This document shows positions 12,301 to 23,859 of a stretch of 64,000 bases of DNA, piece by piece. The stretch comes from Azolla caroliniana (lineage: Eukaryota > Plantae > Polypodiophyta). Location of the stretch: positions 9,734,001-9,798,000 of the forward strand of contig JBHGNT010000002.1 of assembly GCA_043228905.1 (NCBI GenBank), written 5' to 3'. A program made the translations under genes and the position numbers. The first letter of the stretch is position 1. Each line of letters opens with the position of its first letter. The notes below the pieces were generated by a model. The model made no database searches and was not told where the DNA came from. It saw only the letters and a program-made list of their open reading frames with translations.

Positions 12301-12579
12301 TTTATAAACATGAGGATTAAGGCTTTGTGGGAGTGCCTAGACCAGGACGAGGAGGTCGGTGCAAAGAACCTCGCTGATACCGAAAGGTTTCAACCTGCTT
12401 CGCGAGAGCCTATTCCTCCGTTAGCTGGGGAACCGGGGGAGCTAATAGAGCTTGATGATGAGCTTATAGAAGATATTTCGTTGGCTCGGCTAACAGGGGA
12501 AGACAATGCACGTATAGCCGAAGAGACTTCTATACAGGATGAAGAAGAAAATGACATTGACGATTTGCTTGCTATGTAA
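9362..12579 (+). pseudogene. Intron-containing ParB/Srx-like domain plus beta-class N6-adenine/N4-cytosine DNA methyltransferase fusion gene (disrupted)
   Basis: ParB-like YFVIGGSHLAEARQQL...KIYVGLTTEEAKLLAWDHN...MSSIERI at about 10350-10550. Predicted introns 10989-11064, 11205-11287, 11755-11842 and 12136-12226. Spliced MTase reads VVCDDIIDMI...ADIPYG (11549-11560)...LAWIKTN...EYI...NPYQKPQ*LMMRLIEMFSVEGDWILDLFSGTGTTSACALKLFRNTVALEKD. Several stops and frameshifts. Confidence 0.85.
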
Positions 12580-13002
12580 TAGACTCTTTTGTTCACGAAA
12601 TGTATTGTTTGGAATTCACATTATTAATACAAATTTTGAGTTTTACTTGGTGTATTCTATTCTTTATAATCTTCTATATGTTTCAATTTTATTTCTATAT
12701 ACTTGGTTAGTAGAGTTATGACATTGGTTTCACCACGTGCATTGCTGACTACCAATATGGAGAAACATGAATTAGTTTAAATTAAGGTTGATTTTGGTCA
12801 AACTTTACCTTAACATAACATGGTCGTAGAATTGTTGCCATGATTGTCCATGTTGTTATTATGAATTTTTGTCTTCTATTGTTAAAACTATTATGTTTCT
12901 CTTCCATTGCTGCTTTGATTGTGTAGTGTGTTGATAATGGTTCCACTAGCGTTATCCGCATGTTTTTATATGTTTGTAGTTCCATTAGCGTTATTGTTCG
13001 GA

Positions 13003-13277
13003 GTTTGATCCAGTGTGAATCACCTAAGGAATAGATTAGATCAATTTTAAATACAAGTATAAAAGCCTTAATAGGTTTGTTATTTCCACCACATTATCCT
13101 AAAGTTCACTATCTTACATTGTCCACAATTATATACATATGGTTTGATCCCATACGAACAAACTGAGGAATAGATTAGATCAACTTTAAATACAAGTATT
13201 AAATACCTAAATAAGTTAGTTATTCCAATCACATTATCCTAAAGTTCACTATCCTACATTGTCCACAATTATATACA
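13003..13277. repeat. Tandem duplication of a unit of about 139 bp
   Basis: GTTTGATCC...AGGAATAGATTAGATCAA...CACATTATCCTAAAGTTCACTATC...GTCCACAATTATATACA at about 13003-13138 and 13142-13277. Confidence 0.85.
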
Positions 13278-13652
13278 CGCAAGTATGGGTCAAAGTATAA
13301 ATTATAACTCATTTTATTAGTATGGTTACAAGTACACCTCATATTTTTGTAAAACTTACCAAATTAATATAAGTCTTTAACTTAGTGTTTCCCATGTCGC
13401 ACATTAGTGAGATATTGAGCCATTGTTGAACTTTATTATGCCTACATTAACTTATCAACACATCCAAACTTATTTGAATTTCTAATGATCTCCACTCGTA
13501 GACCTATCATGTATTTTTATATTTGCAAATTCTAATCAAGTTGTGGAACATGTGATACTAGTGCATCCAATTTTTGTAGAGAGGGTATATTTGGATATTT
13601 TCAAGAAGATTCTACAAGTGGAATGCGTGATCCTTCCACTTGTGAATGCGAA

Positions 13653-16640
13653 CGTGTTAGTGGCGACGGACTATTGTACCAAATGGGTGGAATCCAAGGC
13701 TCTCTGAGACAACAGCGCGACATCAATGGCGAAGTTTTTGTACGAATATATATAGTGTGAATACACCATACTATCCGTAGGCAAACAGAGTGGCCGAACC
13801 AACAAATTGTTGGGTATATGTCCCTCCAGTGGGAGGAGTAGCCGACTGTCCAGGAGTAGTTGACAGTCGATAACTACGAGGAGCTGACTATTCGGAAATA
13901 GCCGACAGTCGAAGAGTCGAAAACAGAGAGTCGATTGTTTAATAGTTCGATTATTATTATTATAGCAATAATAGTAATGATATGCAGTAGTTGCTACAAT
14001 TGTAAATAGCCTATATAGTGTATAAGTATAAATATACTTAGGGCAAAACATTGATAGGTGTGTGTAGAACAGAAGTAGCGTGAGAGCGTGTTAGACAAAG
14101 AGTGAGTGAGAGCAGCGCCATAGCTATGTGTGTAACAACAGACTCCAATAGCCTTGCGTGGCTGATACACTCGGAGGAGTGTTGTAACATTTTGTGTTGT
14201 ATATCCACTATACATAGTGAAGCTCTATTCCCATGGTTTTCTCCCGTTTTAGGGTTTCCACATTAAATCTCTATGCACCATTGTTGTCCTGTTTTCTGGC
14301 ATATTTGTGATTCATATTTCAGCACAATTCGTTTATTGTGATTTGACCGAACGATTTCTCAACACAAATAAAACACCTCAAAACATCCTCCAGAAGATTG
14401 TGAACGAAAACTAGATGGATTGGGATACAAAGTTGCATAGTGCGTTATAGACATACCGGACAACATACAAAACAAGCATCCAGACAACACTGTTCCGATT
14501 AGCATTCAACCAGAGGCGGTCATGCCCATGGAATTTCAAATTCCCAGTCTGTGGATACGAGTCTGGGAGCGATTGGCCGAAAAGGAATCCGAACAACTCC
14601 GGTTGGAGACATTGTGTGAATTGGAGGAACATTAGATCGTCAGTCTACTGTAATTGGAGCTCAAGCAACGGTGACGGAAAGCATTTGTGGACCAACATCG
14701 GCAGGGGAACGAAAAAGACTTTGAAATAGGCAAACCGGTATTCGTATTCCATCCCTGGATGGGCAACATGCCGGGAAAACTAAGGTTCCAATGGACCAGA
14801 CCATTTTGGATCACAAGGGAGTTTAAGGGGTCCTATCAGCTGGGTACACTAGCCAAGGAATTACTAGGGAAATGGGTCAACAGATTCCGACTGAAACCGT
14901 ACAAAGGACTGATGCCGACAAACCCATTCAAGGAACCGGAGCAACAGGACTGGGCAACCGACGGAAGTCTGACAACACACGAGGAGTTGAAGGCAACATA
15001 GGGTCCAGAGAAGGACAATATACTGATTCCCCGCTCAACGGTGATGGAGCCCAGACTGGAGGCAGAACTAGCGGAGAGCCCGGAAGCGGTGAAAACGGTT
15101 CAACAAGAACCAGAGAAAGGAAGACAAATATCATCGGGTTTTCAAACGCAGCAACCGCATGGGGAACGCCGGCCAAAACGAGCACCGGAATGAGAGGAGC
15201 CGGGTATACTGAGGCTTGGAGATGAGCAAGAACTGATGTCAGAGCCAGTGCAACAGTTCACTGTACTCACACAACACGGAAACTGCTAGCAATGGCTGGA
15301 GTGGCTCGGAAAGTAGGTTTCCAGTGTGGCTGACCGGATGGAGGAAGAACAACGGGTGGAGCAAAGATAGGTGGAACAGTTGTTGACAATAGCCGAAGAA
15401 TTGAATAAAGCCCAAAAGTGGATTCAGAATCTGGAGGAGGAGTTGGCAAGGGGCAAGGAGTTCGTGGCACTCATGTCAAATATGGGCCAAAGCACAAGCT
15501 CAAGAACAGAGCCGGTAGAACCGGATAATCCATGGAAGAAAGCTCTGGAAAAGGAAGTAGAAATGAGGGCTAGCATAGCCCGGGAAAAAGAATGTCAGCG
15601 GGAGAACGAATTGCAAATGTTAAGGGAGGAGTTGGCCACTCAAGAAGCACTAAGAGAGAGAGAGAGAGAGAGATCATAGAAAGACAGTCGAGGAAGAAAA
15701 ACGGAGAACCGAGGAAAGTTTTCGGAAGAGTCAAGCAAACAACAATCGGCCGAAGTAGGAAAGAGGAATTTGCCGCAAGAGAAGGATAAGCTGCGGAGAA
15801 TGGTGGAGACAGAAATAGAAAGGCTAAAGGACGAAATCTAGCAGCACAAGGGTCGGGATGATCGGTTGCGGTCACAGTTCAACCAACGCCTAAAACTGAA
15901 TACAAAGGACTTCGAGAAGTTGTATCAGGACCATAAGTAGCTGGACGCGGAACATAAGAAGCTGGGGTCCAATTATGATATGCAACAAGAAAAGCTAAAG
16001 GAGGCCTAGACGGAGTTAAAGGAAATAACGGAGGCGCTGGCGGATCAAGGGAAGATGATGGTTGAGATGACGACAAAGGTTATGGAGGACGCGGTGAAAG
16101 AAAGAATGGAACTCTAGTCGCAGCAGTACGAGGAAGTGCAATGGGAAAAGATGGCTTTCGATAGGGTGCAAATGACCTACCAGACCCAATTTAGGGAGTA
16201 TGAAATACATGCGAAGGCGGCAGCCAACGTCATCAAGCAACTCAAGAACGAGAAGGAGGCTACGGAGGACAAGAAGAAGCTCGGCATCAAAAGGATCCAG
16301 ATTATCATCGAGGCATGGAGGGACCGAATGAATACAAAGATTGAAGATTGTGCATTGTCGGTATGGAATGAATGGTCCCGACAAGCGGTGGAACTCCAGA
16401 TACTCCGCGCCGATGCAGAAAACTAGAAAAAGGTTGGCGACAACTTCTACAAGATGGATGAAGAAAGAATTGTCACCATTTGGGAGGAATTGTCGGATGA
16501 TTTTTTTTCCTTGCCAGAAAACATCTTAGATAAAAGCTCAAACCCTTGGATAAAAGCATATTGGACATACTCGACGAAGAGGTAAGGAGCTAACCCATGG
16601 GTTCGATGTGCACTATCCCATGCGCATGCCATCTATTGAC
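13653..16640 (+). mobile_element. Degenerate gypsy copy B (integrase C-terminal part, 3' extra coiled-coil ORF, LTR start motif), related to A
   Basis: VLVATDYCTKWVESKAL, QKIVNEN and GKLRFQWTRPFW match A. Extra ORF has EN*KKVGDNFYKMDEE. GGGTTCGATGTGCACTATCCCATGCGCATGCCA at about 16599-16631. Confidence 0.85.
13808..14364 (+). mobile_element. Solo LTR (copia-type, related to the LTR at 48322-53531)
   Basis: TGTTG...CAACA termini and perfect 5-bp TSD CAAAT (13803-13807, 14365-14369). It splits the integrase of gypsy B. Its start TGTTGGGTATATGTCCCTC resembles TGTTAGGAATATGTCCCTC at 53531 (minus). Confidence 0.9.
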
Positions 16641-16719
16641 CTAGAGTATGATCTAGAGAGTTAATGTGGGCAAGGACGAGTCAGAGAAGAATATTATAAT
16701 TAGAAGATTAATTAGTAAC

Positions 16720-19038
16720 TAGGAGGTGTGCCTAGAGAAGTCATCGATGAACGTGACATAGTAGTGGCAACCTCCGAATGTCATGGTCTGGGCTGGTCCC
16801 CACACATCTGAATGTACTACATCCAAGATCCCTTTACTCACATTCCTCTCTTTCGGGAATGGATGCCGGCGTTGTTTTCCGAACTGGCACGCCTCGCAAA
16901 TGCCCGTAATCTCCTTCTCGGTAAAGTTTGGGAGTTCGATTATGACTCCTTTCGATTGCATGTTTTGGAGCTTCTGGAGATTAATGTGGCCAATTCTCTT
17001 GTGCCACAGTTTCCTGTCTGTTTCGACTTTAAGGCCTTTCACGAACATAGCCGATTTCACCTCTTTCTATTCAAGGATAAACATCATGCCTTCTCGGTGA
17101 CTGTGAGCAATGAGGCAGCCTTCTTTTTCGATGAAGCACCTTCATCATTGAACCACACTTGCATCCCTTGTTCGACAATCTGGCCTACTGAGACCAAGTT
17201 TTTAGTGATGGTTGGGACATGCAAGACATTTTTGAGGTAGGTTTGTTTGTCATCGTTCTTGAATGGGACGTTCCCGATGTGCCATATTGAATGTGTCATG
17301 TCATCACCTATTTCGACATAACCAGGCCAATCGGGCTTTCGTAATTCTTGGAACCAATCTTCATGGGACATCATATGATTGGACGCTCCCGAGTTAACAA
17401 ACCATACATTATCCGAGGTTAAGGTGCTTGTCTCACCTTGTGCCGACATCGAATGCGTCTTGTGCCTCATCATAAACATTCCACCACGTTCATCGTAGTC
17501 AGAATTTGAAGTGTAATTCGTAAGTTGTCGGTTGGTCGACGTCGAGTCTCGTATCTTTTTTCGGCACTCCTCTTCATAATGGCCAAGTTTTCCATAGTAC
17601 CCGCATTTGATCAGGTTGTTACGATTGCTCAGTCTGGCAAGATAGGTCCCCCTTCTGTCGAACTCTCTGGCATTGCTCCTGTCGTCTTGCCAATGGTGAG
17701 ATTTGTGTTCTCAGGTTGACTAACCCTGTCACCCTCGGCCGAATCCTCTTCTATCGTCCGATTGTGAGTAGAGCATCTAACCATCCGATTCACTACTCCT
17801 TTGTCGGGCATGGTTTTCTTCCACAAATAATATCGATTGAAGGTCGGAAAAGGAAGGTGGGTTCTCCCTTGCAAGAATGGCCGATCTGATCGTGCCAAAT
17901 CTGAAGTTAAAATCGTTGCCGGCCACAACCGGTTGTACGTGTGCGGAATAATTGTCAATCTAATGGAAAGGAAAAACAAAATACAGAAACTGAGAATGAC
18001 ACAGATTTTAACGTGGAAACCCAAACTGGGGAAAAACCACGTGGAGTCCACAAACTCCGAAACAGAACACTATGAGAGAAAAGAATACAATCAGAGATCT
18101 TAGAGGCAACGACCTCAAGATCCTGGTTCGCCAACAGGCGGCTATGGAGCTCACACGCTTCCACTCTCACAGTTAAGGAGCCAACAACCTCTTCAACAGT
18201 AACTTTACAATAACGCACTTATCTAACATGATTGCCCTAAGTACTTATATACTAATGTAACCTTTCGACTATTTACAAGTTTAGCCTTCCGTGTTGGCTA
18301 TCTCCACGATTTCTGGTTTCGGCCTCGGCCGAGTTGCTCATCAACACGGTTCTTCTCACTTCCCATCCGGAGGGACCTTTTTCCTAACAGAATCATGGTG
18401 CTAAGCCGTTGAGGCATATTTGCACCATTTTGTCATCATCGAGGATGACATTGATCGATCTGAGGGCATCACATAGCTCCTTGATCTTCACAGTATAGCC
18501 AGTGATCAACATATCCTCTGTTGCATGTTGTTTAGCTCTTGTCGAAGTTGGAGCTTTCGTGTAACCGTATTGGCCACAAATATCTTCTTGAGATTTCCCC
18601 AAGCTTCTTTCAGTGTTTTCGAATCTCGAATATACCCGAGCATGTGGTCATGGATGCATGACGCACGGCAACACAACACACGGCGTGCAGCTAGCTCTCA
18701 TGCTAGGTAGTCAGCGTGTGTCGGGTTGGGTTGCGTTTCGTGAGCTCCCTCGATGTAGCTCTAGTAACCTTGTCCGACAAGGTACTAATGCATCTTGTAC
18801 TCCCAAGATGCCAAGTTTGTTCTATCGAGCTTCTCGGTGGGAAGAGCACTTCCCATCTAGATGTTCATTGTCGAATTTCTTCTCTTGATTTGAGCTGTGC
18901 AGAAATCATTACTACAGTGATCAACTGGTTCTCTACGAGTTTGAGCACAACACACGTAAAGGTGATGGGCTTGGATCAAGCTACCATGAGCTTTGATACC
19001 ATGTAAAGAATCGAGAGTGATTTTGTGTAGCAGAAGGG

Positions 19039-19088
<50 letters not shown>

Positions 19089-19296
19089 ACAAGAGAGAAT
19101 GAGAGAGACTGAATGAGAGCTCTAAACAAGAAAGTGTATATTACATCCAACAGTAACTAAGTTACAAAAGGTTGGTTTAAATATCAACTAGTCTAGGGCA
19201 AATACCCTTTCTACTAATTACAAAAATGTCCTAGTAAGTTATCCACCGAATAGTGTGTACACTATTCCTATGGGAAGTTGAGTTCGATTCCCAACA
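16720..19296 (-). mobile_element. Truncated Ty1/copia element (5' LTR 19002-19296, gag, protease, N-terminal integrase)
   Basis: PBS TGGTATCAAAGC (Met) next to 19002; (GT)n in the LTR; WFVNSGASNHM, LWHKRIGH and VHSDVWGP/FIDDFSR motifs. It breaks off inside integrase at about 16720. Confidence 0.9.
17902..18389 (-). mobile_element. Solo LTR of the Tnt1-like copia family, inserted in gag
   Basis: TG...CA termini; TSD AAATC/GAATC (1 mismatch). Shares CGGCCACAACCG, ACGTGGAAA and TCCCATCCGGAGGGACC with LTRs 56137-56729 and 60845-61449. Confidence 0.85.
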
Positions 19297-21200
19297 ATTC
19301 ATCAACTGTTGATTAGTCGATTTTTCGGAAATCGATTTTCATTCCATTCCATTCGCCTTGTGCTCTTCCCATCCAGAGGGACCGATTTTCCCAACAGCCA
19401 TCACTTCTTACTCACCCCTTCTTGAGTTGGATTCTCTTGGACTATCTATTGGGGTGATTCATCGTGATTGCCTTGCTCATCTAGTGGCTAGGTGGTGGGG
19501 TCTTGTTGGGTATCAACTGGTTGGTCATCGCTTGCTTCGGCCTATTCGGCTTGCTCTATTTGGACGTCTATGTGGGGTAGGGGGGTTGCATTGCCGGCCA
19601 ATTCCTAGGCATTCTTGCTCGATTCACTGTCAAGGAGCCGTATGTGTTCTGATTCCTGGCCTTTCTCTTGCCCTTATTCCATCTAAACTCGTTCGGCTTC
19701 ATAGGCCTCCAACTCTAGGGTGAGCTGAAGTTGATCGTCCCCGAACTCTTCTAATAGCTTGGGCCTTTAATGGTCCGGCCGCATCATCCATGCGCCGTCA
19801 TTTCTTATCTACATACACCTCATGTAATTCACATAAGGCGTATACGCTAATTTTATCTACGGGGCACTCTCATCCCGTGGCTTCTTGGATGCCTTCAGTG
19901 GTGAGCCGGATTTCATCAGAGTCAATTTTCTCGAAAATTTCTAGCACTTCTGGCCAAAAAGACGACTTTGCTATAGATGTTTTGCCCACACGTATTCCCA
20001 CAGTTGTCGCATAATTGCTTTTTGCCGCCATCTCCTCCTCTTGGAACTTCTTCATGTCGCCTTTTTGGAAGTTTGGTCGAGGTGGCTTCCGAGAATCCAT
20101 CGAATGAATCTGATTCCCTTTATAGTAGATGATATCTTGCCGTAGAGCCTCCTTGTGCTCATCATAATCCTTCCGATCATGTTCGGTGTTATCGCACCAT
20201 ATGCACCGACAGTCCACATACTTGGAACTTGTGGGGCAGTCTTCCGATTTCTTCACCATAGCAATCTTGAGATTCTCCATCTCCTTTGGCAACTGCTCCA
20301 CTGTAGTTACATCGATTCCCTTCTCCGTCGTAGTCTCACGAGCCCGTGGTTGATGGTCTTCTACTACAAATCTCGGCCTCAGCGTTAGGTCCGTATTTCT
20401 CTCTTCTTCATCACTGAGCCATTGCCCCCTCTTTGTGTATCAAGCGACAATGCCGCGCACATTTTCCCATGTATCGGTGAGTCCACTCTCAGTAGTCGTA
20501 TCCTCTAGAAACACTCCAAGATCTTTCCGATCTCAAACATACACGGCTCATAAGAACATGATCACTTTGTCCGGTGTGAAGATAGCCTAATCTCTTGCGA
20601 ACAGCCTCCCGAATCAACTTTCAAATGCCGAAAGCACATCGAGGACCTTCAGCCCCTTGTCTGGTGTTTCCACCCAATTTTCGAATCCCCTCAACATTGC
20701 CTTGGAGGAGTCCTCGATAGCGTATGTAGTCTTCTATGCTTCTTCAAACGCTGCCCACGTCGGATTTTGTTGTCATATCCCGTGGATACTCCCTTGAAGC
20801 CCATCCGTAGCCACCCGATTGAAGGATGTCACTTGCAATCCTTCCGATATTCCGCATCGTAGCATCTCTACCTTGTAGTCCCGCAAATAACATGACACAT
20901 CCTTTCCATCGAATTGCCCATTCCGTTGCACGAGCCGTTCTACTACTGCCACGACCTCCGACATCGCGCGTTGCTCCTGCAATATCCACTCGAACATTGT
21001 TATCATGTTGCTCGCCTCTTGTCAGATCTCCATCTCCTTGGCACCCGCTTTCACATCGGGTTCACCAAATGTGTCATGCCTTTCAACACCGGATTGTTGC
21101 GTGAATCGGGTGGAAACCGCCGAGGTTTTGAACCTGAAGGAGGAGAAGTTTAAGCTTGTAAGAATATGAAAGAGAAAGATAAAAATCTCGTGAATTTCAC
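19297..21200 (-). mobile_element. Second, diverged tRNA-Trp-primed gag element (truncated)
   Basis: Same PBS (TGGTGAACCCGATGTGA, minus strand, about 21051-21067) next to an LTR end at 21072. Gag is similar to 3415-4536 (CIWCDNTEHDRKDY; FNRVATDGLQ vs FSRVVAIGLQ). Right boundary approximate. Confidence 0.8.
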
Positions 21201-21399
21201 GATAATAGTGTATTAGAATAATTAGTATTTAGAATTCAAGAAGTCAACCCAAAAAATATTTATTTATTTATTTATTTATTTTTCAAAAAAAAATATTCTT
21301 AATTAGTAGAAATTCTACATCCATGACAAATTGATTAGACTGACAACCTTATAAAGGTTGTAGCCATGGTAGACCAATAAAAACTATAGAGACTTAGAG

Positions 21400-22250
21400 T
21401 ATAAAACTACAAAGACCGGTGAACACCTACAAGAATGTTCTTTCCATCACCTGTGATCATTGGCTTAAACATTGAGCTGTAGTGAGAACATTTCAGGAGA
21501 CTATCTTTCGAAATGGAAGTATATCCAATAGTTCATGTACTTTCTCGAAGAGTCTACCCTTAGCATATAGATGAAGCAATGCATTGCCAACAACCTAGTT
21601 TCTCTTCAGCCTGCCCATCTCCTACATATCCTATAATGAGAACATTGCAGGAGACTATCTTTCGAATTGGAAGCATATCAAACAGTTCATGTACTTTCTC
21701 TAAGACTCCACACTTAGCCTATAGATGAAGCAATGCATTTCCAACAACCTGGTTTCTATTCAACCTGCCCATCTCCTCAAACTTTACATGAATTTCTCTG
21801 CCCTTTTCTATACAAATGTGACATAAACTTCAACCTGGATTTGAATTGGAAACATATCCTGTAATGAGAACATTGTAAGACTTTCACTTGATCTATCCTA
21901 CCACCTTTTGAATCCATATCCATAAAATAAAAAACATTACTTGTGCATGTATTTGTTGGCCTTTTTCCACAACTTTTAGTTTAGCACAACCTTTCGGAAG
22001 CATAGAAACAACATAATCGGTAGGTGTTGCATGTGTACAAACCAAACTTTCCTTGCTGCCTTATAGTTGTTTCCTTCAACATGTGTGTACATGCATTCCA
22101 TTGAAATTCTGAATCGCAGACTTCTAGATATAATAATTTGAAATATACTTCGTCGAATACAACAAACACCTGCAAAAGAAAATGATTCTACTTTCGCCAT
22201 TGCCTCATAAAAGTTTGTTTCAGCCCCCAACAATGTCATCACTCATCATT
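21400..22250 (-). pseudogene. PLS-class pentatricopeptide repeat (PPR) pseudogene fragment
   Basis: Minus-strand translation IEKGREIHVKFEEMGRLNRNQVVGNALLHL*AKCGVLEKVHELFDMLPIRKIVSCNVLIIGY. Internal duplication of about 154 bp (21483/21637); stops and frameshifts. Confidence 0.8.
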
Positions 22251-23859
22251 ATCAAACAAAGAAAACATGCTTCCTTTTCCCCAACCATCTCGCCATAGCA
22301 TAGCAAATCCTGTATCTACCAAACAAAAACATAATGACACTACTCTCTTTACTCCCCTCATGAAATTCAGCTTCTTCCCTCGACACCATCATAACTCATC
22401 CTTGACAATTTTCTTTGTTTTCCACATCAACCATCTGTTTGTTTGCCACTGAAGTCATGTACAAACAAAAAATAAAGTGAATGTGCTATCTTAATCCCCT
22501 CATAAAATCAACCCAAAATTTTCAATAGATTGTAAGAGAGAACGAAGACACGTGAATCTCCACAAGTTTTATATTGAGTAATGTTTAGACCATAATAACC
22601 ACCCAAATTTCAGCAATGGCTTGATGACAAACGATGGTTCAACTTGACCTTCATCTGGTTTATTAGTATCGCGTTGCATATTAATGACCTGTGCTTCTAG
22701 AACACCATGAGATTGTTAAAGTTCGGAAATCTTGTTCAAGGTAGAATTAAGGAAATTTTTTATTTGTAAGAAATACGACTCAATTAGGATTGCCCCACAA
22801 GTATTTCCTTGAATTGACTCCGCTTGGGAGGAATCGGGTCGTTATTATGAGTCATAAGAATATAATGTATGGCAAAGAAATAGGATAGGGTCAAACAAAT
22901 AGTCATAACATAATGGCGTGATGTAAACATATCATGGGCAAACATCAATCGATATCATTTTCTCACGTCTATACCCATCTGAACGCATGAGATGAGGTTC
23001 AAGATCAGGTAACTATGGTTAACACTTTTTAAACCATGGGGGTGACAAATGAATTTCTTTTCCTAATCTCTATAACGATTTTTACATGGCGGCTCCCCGA
23101 GGCTCAACCATGTTTGTTTGCTTCATGAATAGTTTATACATGAAAAAATGTTAACAATAAACTATGTCTTTGTGCCCACCCATGTGGTTTCAGCTCTTTA
23201 AGTTCTATTACAAGGACCCTAAAGTCTAAACATCTTTTATCATTATATGCATCAATAATGTTGTATGGTCTTGGTTATATTTGAACTCCCCGAGAACAAA
23301 ACCATTAAACACTTGAACTAACCAAATGGCTTGCTCCTATTGAATGTTTATTATGTGTATGAGGGATTATGAAGGCATTTGCACATATATGTTTTTTAAA
23401 AGAAAACATGTGTCTAGAATCCTCATTTCCACCTCGTTAACTAGAAAACTATGTTGGTACGTTACCCAACCTCAAGTCTCATCATTACAATGACATACCA
23501 TAAGGAGCAACCTAATGGTCAAGCCAACACTAGCCATCTTTTCATAGTAGGTCCACGTAGCCCATCACATTGTTAATTCATTACGAATGCCTTTCATAAA
23601 GATGAGCTCATGGTGGCATCATAATCATGTAACGAGCGCGGAATTTTGGATGCGTGTTTCATACCCCTTACACTCACAACATCATTGTGGCTATGCTTGT
23701 TTCATTTTCACATATAGCAAAATCGAGGTGACCAAGGGAGATAACAAAAAAAATTGTTAAAAAGGATGGTGACTACGCCATTCTCACAAAAATGTGAGAA
23801 TAACCACCAAAATCCTTACCCCGAAAGACAACCATCGTTCAATTAACATAACATAATAA

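Larger units (their letters stand above)
8661..13650 (+). mobile_element. Putative DNA-transposon-like insert carrying a ParB-methyltransferase gene; only the left terminus is seen
   Basis: Abrupt GC-to-AT shift inside the gypsy A LTR at 8661 (AGGGTACAGGAACTCGA) and a subterminal palindrome array. The right side is replaced by gypsy integrase sequence at about 13653. No transposase or matching TIR found. Confidence 0.5.

Noticed and set aside
9362-12579. Bacterial contamination or a restriction-modification system
   Set aside because: The gene has spliceosomal introns, is embedded among plant retrotransposons and has no adjacent endonuclease.
22500-23850. Possible decayed transposase or gene remnant
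   Set aside because: No ORF or motif could be supported by eye.
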